DNA from: an uncultured Candidatus Saccharibacteria bacterium
GTDB lineage: Bacteria; Patescibacteriota; Andersenbacteria; UBA10190
Length of the DNA: 57,563 nt
Direction: 5' to 3'
NCBI GenBank assembly: GCA_964610055.1
Contig: CAZSUC010000001.1
Location: 157,304 to 214,866, forward strand
Shown: positions 52,500 through 57,563 of the stretch, piece by piece
How positions within the stretch are numbered: position 1 is the first letter of the stretch
Layout of the letters: every line of letters starts with the position of its first letter
Program-made: the position numbers and the translations under genes
The notes under the pieces: generated by a model
What the model was told of the DNA's origin: nothing
Databases searched by the model: none
Seen by the model: only the letters and a program-made list of their open reading frames with translations

Positions 52500-52571
52500 A
52501 TCTGCTTGCGGTCATACCCTGAATCCAGATATGATAATATCCTAGGATTTTAGCCGTTGTCTTTTACTATT

Positions 52572-55067
52572 ATGTCTACAAAATCAGATCAAACTGCTCC
52601 CGATAATATTGGTAAGCTAATTAAACAGGGGATTACTGAGCAAATTCAAACTAGCTATTTGGATTACGCCATGAGTGTTATTGTTCAGCGCGCTTTACCT
52701 GATGTGCGTGACGGTTTAAAGCCAGTCCAAAGACGTGTCCTTTATTCTATGTGGAAGCAAGGACTTCGTTCTAGTTCTCGATTTCGTAAGTCAGCTCATG
52801 TCGTTGGTGATGTAATTGGTAAATACCATCCGCATGGAGACATGGCTGTGTACGATGCCTTAGCTCGTTTAACTCAAGATTTCTCTTTACGTTATCAACT
52901 CATCGCCGGGCAAGGTAACTGGGGAAGTATTGACGGTGACTCACCAGCTGCTATGCGTTATACCGAAACAAAGCTCGCCAAAATCTCCGATGAGATGATG
53001 CAGGACATCGAAAAAGAAACGGTAAACATGAGAGACAACTACGATGGTACTCGCAAAGAACCTGTCGTTCTGCCCTCTCGACTGCCTCAATTTTTAATCA
53101 ACGGAACTCTCGGCATTGCTGTCGGCATGGCCACAACCTCACCTCCTCATAATCTGAATGAAGTTTGCGATGCCTCCATCCATTTAATTGATCATCCTGA
53201 TGCCACGATTGATGATCTAATGAAGTTTGTGCAAGGGCCGGATTTCCCAACTGGCGGCGCTATCTATAATAAACAAGAAATTCGCCAAGCCTACACTACC
53301 GGTAAAGGTAGTATTGTTATGCGCGCTTTGGCTGATATAGAAGAGTATAAAACTGGAACTCATCGCATTATCGTGCGTCAAATACCTTACATGGTTAATA
53401 AAGCCATGTTGATTTCCAAGATTGCTGAACATGTTAAAAATAAACGTATCGAAGGTATCAAAGACATTCGCGATGAATCCGATAAAGATCAGGCTATCCG
53501 TATCGTCATTGAACTGAAGAAAGATGCATATCCGAAAAAAGTTTTAAATCGTCTTTTCTCTTTAACTGACCTTCAGAAAACATTTCATGTAAACATGATT
53601 GCTTTGGTCGATCATGGACAACAACCCAAACTCTTATCTCTCAAAGAAGCTTTACAAGAACATATTCTTCATCGACAAGATGTTATTGTCCGACGTACTC
53701 AATATGATTTAGATCGAGCTCGTGAACGTGCTCATATTTTAGAAGGTTTGAAGAAAGCTCTTGATCACATTGATGAAATAATTGCCACCATCAAACGTAG
53801 TCGCACTCGCGAAACCGCTCACTTGAATTTACGCAAAGATTTTCGTTTGTCTGATGCCCAAGCTACTGCCATTCTTGAGATGCGCCTTCAAACTCTGTCT
53901 GGATTAGAGCGTAAAAAAATTGAAGACGAGCTCAAAGAAAAGAAGCGTTTAATCAAAGAATACGAAAGCATTCTTAAAGATCCTAAAAAAGTCTTAGCGA
54001 TTATTAAATCTGATTATCAAGATATAAAAAAATTATACGGCGATGAAAGACGTACACGAGTCTTTGCCCAGCCAGTTGGAGAGTTTTCACAAGAGGATTT
54101 AGTACCTGACGATCCTACTATTGTTACTGTCACTCGTGGTGGTTATGTTAAACGTTTAGCCACGTCCTCTTATCATGTCCAAGGTCGCGGTGGTAAAGGT
54201 GTTCGGGGAATGACAACAAAAGAAGAAGACATGGTAGATATCTTCTTAGCTGCCACCACACACGCTGAATTACTCTTTTTCACTAATCAAGGTCGCGTCT
54301 TCTCTATTCGGGCTTACGAAATACCCGCGAGCACACGTCAGACAAAAGGTCAGGCCTTACCTAACTTCTTGGAATTAGCTACTAATGAAAAAGTTACCGC
54401 AGTCCAAGCCTTGCCTGCTGATGTTAGTGACGCCGCGTATCTATTTATGACTACTCGTAATGGTCTAGTTAAAAAAACAGCACGTGAAGATTTTGCTAAT
54501 ATTCGTCGTTCTGGATTAAAAGCAATCACCTTAAAATCAGGTGACGCCTTAGAATGGGTATCTATGTGTTCTGGGCAAGACGAAGTTATGATTGTTACAA
54601 AACGCGGTGCTTCTATCCGCTTCTCAGAAAAGAACGTACGTTCCATGGGTCGTACCGCTGCTGGTGTACGCGGCATCAATCTGAAAAAGAGCGATGAGGT
54701 CGTCGCCATGCACATTATTCCTAAAAGCCAGGCCGGAGCCAAAGAATTAATAGTGATCTCTGAAGAAGGATTTGGAAAACGCACTGACATTAAAGCATAT
54801 CGCCAGCAAGGACGCGGTGGCTCCGGAATCAAAGCTGCAAAAGTAACTTCTAAAACTGGACCAATCGTTAATGCTGCTATTGTGCCTAGTACTAATATCA
54901 AAAACACTGACTTATTTATCATCTCCACTAAAGGGCAAGTGATTCGTATTGATGCCGGCAATGTTAGTAAACTACGTCGTGATACTCAGGGTGTTCGAGT
55001 TATGCGACCATCCGTTCATAGTGGTAAAATTTCAACCTTTACTCTTTGGGCTGAAGAAGAGGAATAA
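52572..55067 (+). CDS. gyrA: DNA gyrase subunit A
   Basis: SYLDYAMSVIVQRALPDVRDGLKPVQRRVLY, HPHGD, the active-site Tyr context AAMRYTE, and C-terminal beta-pinwheel repeats. The ATG at 52572 is preferred over the TTG at 52557. Confidence 0.95.
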   Translation: MSTKSDQTAPDNIGKLIKQGITEQIQTSYLDYAMSVIVQRALPDVRDGLKPVQRRVLYSMWKQGLRSSSRFRKSAHVVGDVIGKYHPHGDMAVYDALARLTQDFSLRYQLIAGQGNWGSIDGDSPAAMRYTETKLAKISDEMMQDIEKETVNMRDNYDGTRKEPVVLPSRLPQFLINGTLGIAVGMATTSPPHNLNEVCDASIHLIDHPDATIDDLMKFVQGPDFPTGGAIYNKQEIRQAYTTGKGSIVMRALADIEEYKTGTHRIIVRQIPYMVNKAMLISKIAEHVKNKRIEGIKDIRDESDKDQAIRIVIELKKDAYPKKVLNRLFSLTDLQKTFHVNMIALVDHGQQPKLLSLKEALQEHILHRQDVIVRRTQYDLDRARERAHILEGLKKALDHIDEIIATIKRSRTRETAHLNLRKDFRLSDAQATAILEMRLQTLSGLERKKIEDELKEKKRLIKEYESILKDPKKVLAIIKSDYQDIKKLYGDERRTRVFAQPVGEFSQEDLVPDDPTIVTVTRGGYVKRLATSSYHVQGRGGKGVRGMTTKEEDMVDIFLAATTHAELLFFTNQGRVFSIRAYEIPASTRQTKGQALPNFLELATNEKVTAVQALPADVSDAAYLFMTTRNGLVKKTAREDFANIRRSGLKAITLKSGDALEWVSMCSGQDEVMIVTKRGASIRFSEKNVRSMGRTAAGVRGINLKKSDEVVAMHIIPKSQAGAKELIVISEEGFGKRTDIKAYRQQGRGGSGIKAAKVTSKTGPIVNAAIVPSTNIKNTDLFIISTKGQVIRIDAGNVSKLRRDTQGVRVMRPSVHSGKISTFTLWAEEEE

Positions 55068-55131
55068 TCATTACAAAAGCGGCCTCAGATTCTTGTTTCA
55101 TTGCCGCTTCAAATTGTGCTAAATTAGTGGT

Positions 55132-55680
55132 ATGGAAAACTCCACATCATCCTTCATCCGGCCTGATGAATTTTGGCGCAGTTTGGGATTACAAGCCGGA
55201 CAAACAGTTGTGCATCTTGGCTGCGGCGCTGGGTTCTATCTAATTCCAGCTGCAAAATTAGTTGGTCGCATGGGCAAAGCTATTGGCATTGATTTGATGC
55301 CTAATATGCTGGCTGAAACTGAGAACCGAGCTCGTCGAGAAAATATTAGCGATATTATTCAAACTATTCGGGCTAATCTTGAAAACCCATCCGGTAGTAC
55401 ATTATCTAATGACGTTGCTGACTGGGTTTTAGTAGCCAATATCTTGCATCAATCTAATCCGGAAGCAATCTTAACCGAAGCTAAGCGCTTAGCCAAAGAT
55501 ACTGGTAAAATTGTTGTTATTGAATGGGATGTTATTGCTACTCCGCTTGGCCCTCCTCCTAGTCGTCGCATTCCAAAAGATCAAGTAAAATCCGTTGCTG
55601 TATCCTTAGGTCTTAATCCTATCCAAGACTTTTCTCCTAGTCCTTATCATTACGGTATTATCTTTACTGAAAAAGCTTAA
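55132..55680 (+). CDS. Class I SAM-dependent methyltransferase
   Basis: Motif I VVHLGCGAGFY followed by the acidic post-I GIDL; 182 aa. Confidence 0.8.
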   Translation: MENSTSSFIRPDEFWRSLGLQAGQTVVHLGCGAGFYLIPAAKLVGRMGKAIGIDLMPNMLAETENRARRENISDIIQTIRANLENPSGSTLSNDVADWVLVANILHQSNPEAILTEAKRLAKDTGKIVVIEWDVIATPLGPPPSRRIPKDQVKSVAVSLGLNPIQDFSPSPYHYGIIFTEKA

Positions 55681-55682
55681 TT

Positions 55683-56957
55683 ATGGTTAGATCCTTCCGT
55701 CGCCATCTGTCCCTATTGTTACTTGTTATTATAAGTGCCTTTTCCCTAACCGGGTTTGGTTGTCGTGAAAAATCAATTATTTCCAATGGCGGATCTATAA
55801 CTGTTTGGGGGTTATGGCAAAGCAGTGAAGCCATGGAACCTGTACTCGAAGCTTTTGAATCCGAAACAGGTATTACTGTTAATTACAAACTAATTGATTC
55901 GGTCTCTTCTTACGAGCAGCAGCTTTTAGAAGCCTTAGCTGAAAACCAAGGACCAGATGTCTTTGTCATTGATCATACTTGGGTTGACGACAAAATGTCT
56001 CTCATAAGCCCTGCATCTGATAGTATCGTTACCGCTCGGCAAGTTGAGGACGAGTTTGTTGATGTTGTTGCTGATGATGTGATTCGTAATGGCCAAGTCT
56101 ACGCTCTGCCAACCTCAGTCGATACTTTAGTCATGTATTACAACAAAGACATTCTGAACTCTAATAGTATTGCTCAAGCCCCGAAAACATGGACTGATTT
56201 TCAAGAAATGGTCGAGCGTATCACTAGCGTTGATCGTCTTGGTAATTTGCAACAAAGCGCTGCCGCTCTTGGGACGGCTGCTAACATTAATCGCGCTTCT
56301 GATATTCTCGAACTCTTGCTTATGCAGAGTGGTCTTCCTATCTATAACGAAAGCCAGTCAGAAATCCAAATCAATAATGAAGTCGGGCAACGCGCCTTAA
56401 CTTTTTATACTGATTTTGCTAATAAATCCAAAAGCGTTTACACCTGGAATCTCCAATCCGATTATTCTATCGATGCTTTTGCGGAAGGAGACACTGCGGT
56501 GATGTTTAATTATTCCTATCACGTCTCTACGGTCAGTGCGAAAAATCCTCGCTTAAACTTTGCGATTGCGCCTATGCCGCAAATCGCGGGAACCGCCGAC
56601 ACTAATCGCGTTAATTTTGCTTCTTACTGGCCTTTCGTTGTCTCTAAGCAATCTCAAAATCAAACCGCCGCCTGGCAATTTATTCGATATCTAACCAACG
56701 CCAACGCTTCCCAAACAATCAATGCCGCTATTAGCGCGCCTCCTGCCCGCCGGGATTCCGTGGTACAATTTCAGAATGATTCGGTTTTGGGCGTCTTCTC
56801 TGAACAATCACTTACTGCTGCGACTTGGCGTCGTAAGGCAGGTACCGCTGTTGATTCAATCTTTAATACTGCCATTGATGATGTGGCTAACGGTTCAGCC
56901 ACTGTTGCTGATGCCATCCGGCGCGCTGAAGAGCAGCTAGATAATTTATATGAATAA
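55683..56957 (+). CDS. Extracellular solute-binding lipoprotein (ABC-type, family 1, sugar-like)
   Basis: Lipobox LTGFGC after a hydrophobic signal. ITVWGLW....EP.L.AFE..TGI.V.Y is typical of the SBP_bac_1 N-terminus. No permease or ATPase genes are adjacent. Confidence 0.8.
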   Translation: MVRSFRRHLSLLLLVIISAFSLTGFGCREKSIISNGGSITVWGLWQSSEAMEPVLEAFESETGITVNYKLIDSVSSYEQQLLEALAENQGPDVFVIDHTWVDDKMSLISPASDSIVTARQVEDEFVDVVADDVIRNGQVYALPTSVDTLVMYYNKDILNSNSIAQAPKTWTDFQEMVERITSVDRLGNLQQSAAALGTAANINRASDILELLLMQSGLPIYNESQSEIQINNEVGQRALTFYTDFANKSKSVYTWNLQSDYSIDAFAEGDTAVMFNYSYHVSTVSAKNPRLNFAIAPMPQIAGTADTNRVNFASYWPFVVSKQSQNQTAAWQFIRYLTNANASQTINAAISAPPARRDSVVQFQNDSVLGVFSEQSLTAATWRRKAGTAVDSIFNTAIDDVANGSATVADAIRRAEEQLDNLYE

Positions 56958-57563
56958 AACTTTTATCAAAAAAATAACACTTATATTGCTGGTAATAGTT
57001 TTTGTTCCTTTTTATGTTTACGCTCAAAGTCAAACTGGCATTCAAAATCCTATCGCGGGAGGAGCCGATACGATTGACGATCTGATCACCAATGCCATTC
57101 AATGGATGCTTAGTATTATTGGTCTTCTGTCTGTCTTAGCTATAGTCGGTGCCGGCATAATGTATGTGACTGCTTTCGTTGACGAAGGTCAGACCCAAAA
57201 AGCCAAAAAAATTCTCATCTGGGCTATTGTTGGGCTCATTTTAGCTGGAGCTTCTTATGCGATTTTGAGTCTTGTTAGCACAAAAATTCTTAATACTAGC
57301 ACAAATAATAGCCAAAATACTTCGTTAAGAATTATTCATATATCCTCTCCTTTTACGATGCACCCTGCCTTAGCCAGTGATTCTGATTCAGAATCAAGTT
57401 TTCAATCAGGGCTAGACAAAGCTCAAGCAGTCGATACTATTGTTGGCGGAAATTCTATTGACAGTATATTGAAAAGAACTATTTCAACAATATTGGCATA
57501 TGCCGCCGTCATTGGTGTCCTTGCTGTTGTTATTGGCGGCATAATGTACATTACGGCTTTAGG
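56950..57563 (+). CDS. TrbC/VirB2-like (T4SS-type) pilin with two tandem hairpin modules; 3' end beyond the window (absent from the ORF track)
   Basis: My own translation from the ATG at 56950 is open to the window end: MNKTFIKKITLILLVIVFVPFYVYAQS..DTIDDLITNAIQWMLSIIGLLSVLAIVGAGIMYVTAFVDEGQTQKAKKILIWAIVGLILAGASYAIL... then ...SIDSILKRTISTILAYAAVIGVLAVVIGGIMYITAL. The start overlaps the stop of the preceding gene by 8 nt. Confidence 0.7.
   Translation, partial: MNKTFIKKITLILLVIVFVPFYVYAQSQTGIQNPIAGGADTIDDLITNAIQWMLSIIGLLSVLAIVGAGIMYVTAFVDEGQTQKAKKILIWAIVGLILAGASYAILSLVSTKILNTSTNNSQNTSLRIIHISSPFTMHPALASDSDSESSFQSGLDKAQAVDTIVGGNSIDSILKRTISTILAYAAVIGVLAVVIGGIMYITAL

Noticed and set aside
55076-55115. 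Hairpin AAGCGGC...GCCGCTT after gyrA as a terminator
   Set aside because: A 7-bp stem with a ~19-nt loop and no clear T-run is too weak to call.
1-57563. Alternative genetic code (UGA recoding, as in some CPR lineages)
   Set aside because: Long ORFs are intact under the standard code. TGA serves as a stop in well-defined contexts, for example the ATGA overlap at 19784-19787 and the clpP stop.

Overview
All calls come from reading the sequence and the ORF translations by eye; no homology search, covariance model or structure prediction was run. Coordinates of RNA genes, repeats and motifs were counted by hand and could be off by a base or two.

The window looks like a chromosomal segment from a small-genome, moderately AT-rich bacterium. 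Gene content and architecture fit the Candidate Phyla Radiation / Patescibacteria, but that placement is inference only. The standard genetic code applies, and TGA is used as a stop.

Housekeeping genes:
- Base-excision repair pair: family-4 UDG and nfo
- rny, clpP, nusA, tig, rpsA, gyrA, yraN
- A P-type cation ATPase and a membrane pyrophosphatase (hppA)
- Seven tRNA genes: Gly (partial), Phe, Val, Leu, Ala x2, Pro

Three parts stand out:
1. **tRNA-Phe(GAA) intron (570-850).** The gene is split by a 206-nt group I intron. A free-standing HNH endonuclease gene lies next to it.
2. **Cell-surface block (897-3576 and 7628-33433, about 28 kb).** It holds two prepilin-type proteins with Cys-rich C-terminal domains and two giant ORFs of 3179 and 3119 aa. 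The upstream giant ORF starts with two MerR/excisionase-type HTH domains, then one TM helix, then a roughly 2870-aa ectodomain. It heads a tightly packed five-gene block with a secreted FN3 protein carrying a redox-dead thioredoxin fold, a Cache-type membrane sensor, a TM-less PAS histidine kinase and a receiver-only response regulator.
3. **Atypical F-type ATPase locus (34011-40031).** The delta, alpha, gamma and beta genes are not preceded by a, c and b. In their place are a signal-peptide protein ending in a c-subunit-like hairpin (RNP loop, no membrane carboxylate) and a soluble coiled-coil protein. A truncated epsilon is encoded on the opposite strand, butt-joined to atpD and co-directional with hppA-tig.

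The window ends inside an ORF missing from the supplied track: a TrbC/VirB2-like (T4SS-type) pilin with two tandem hairpin modules.
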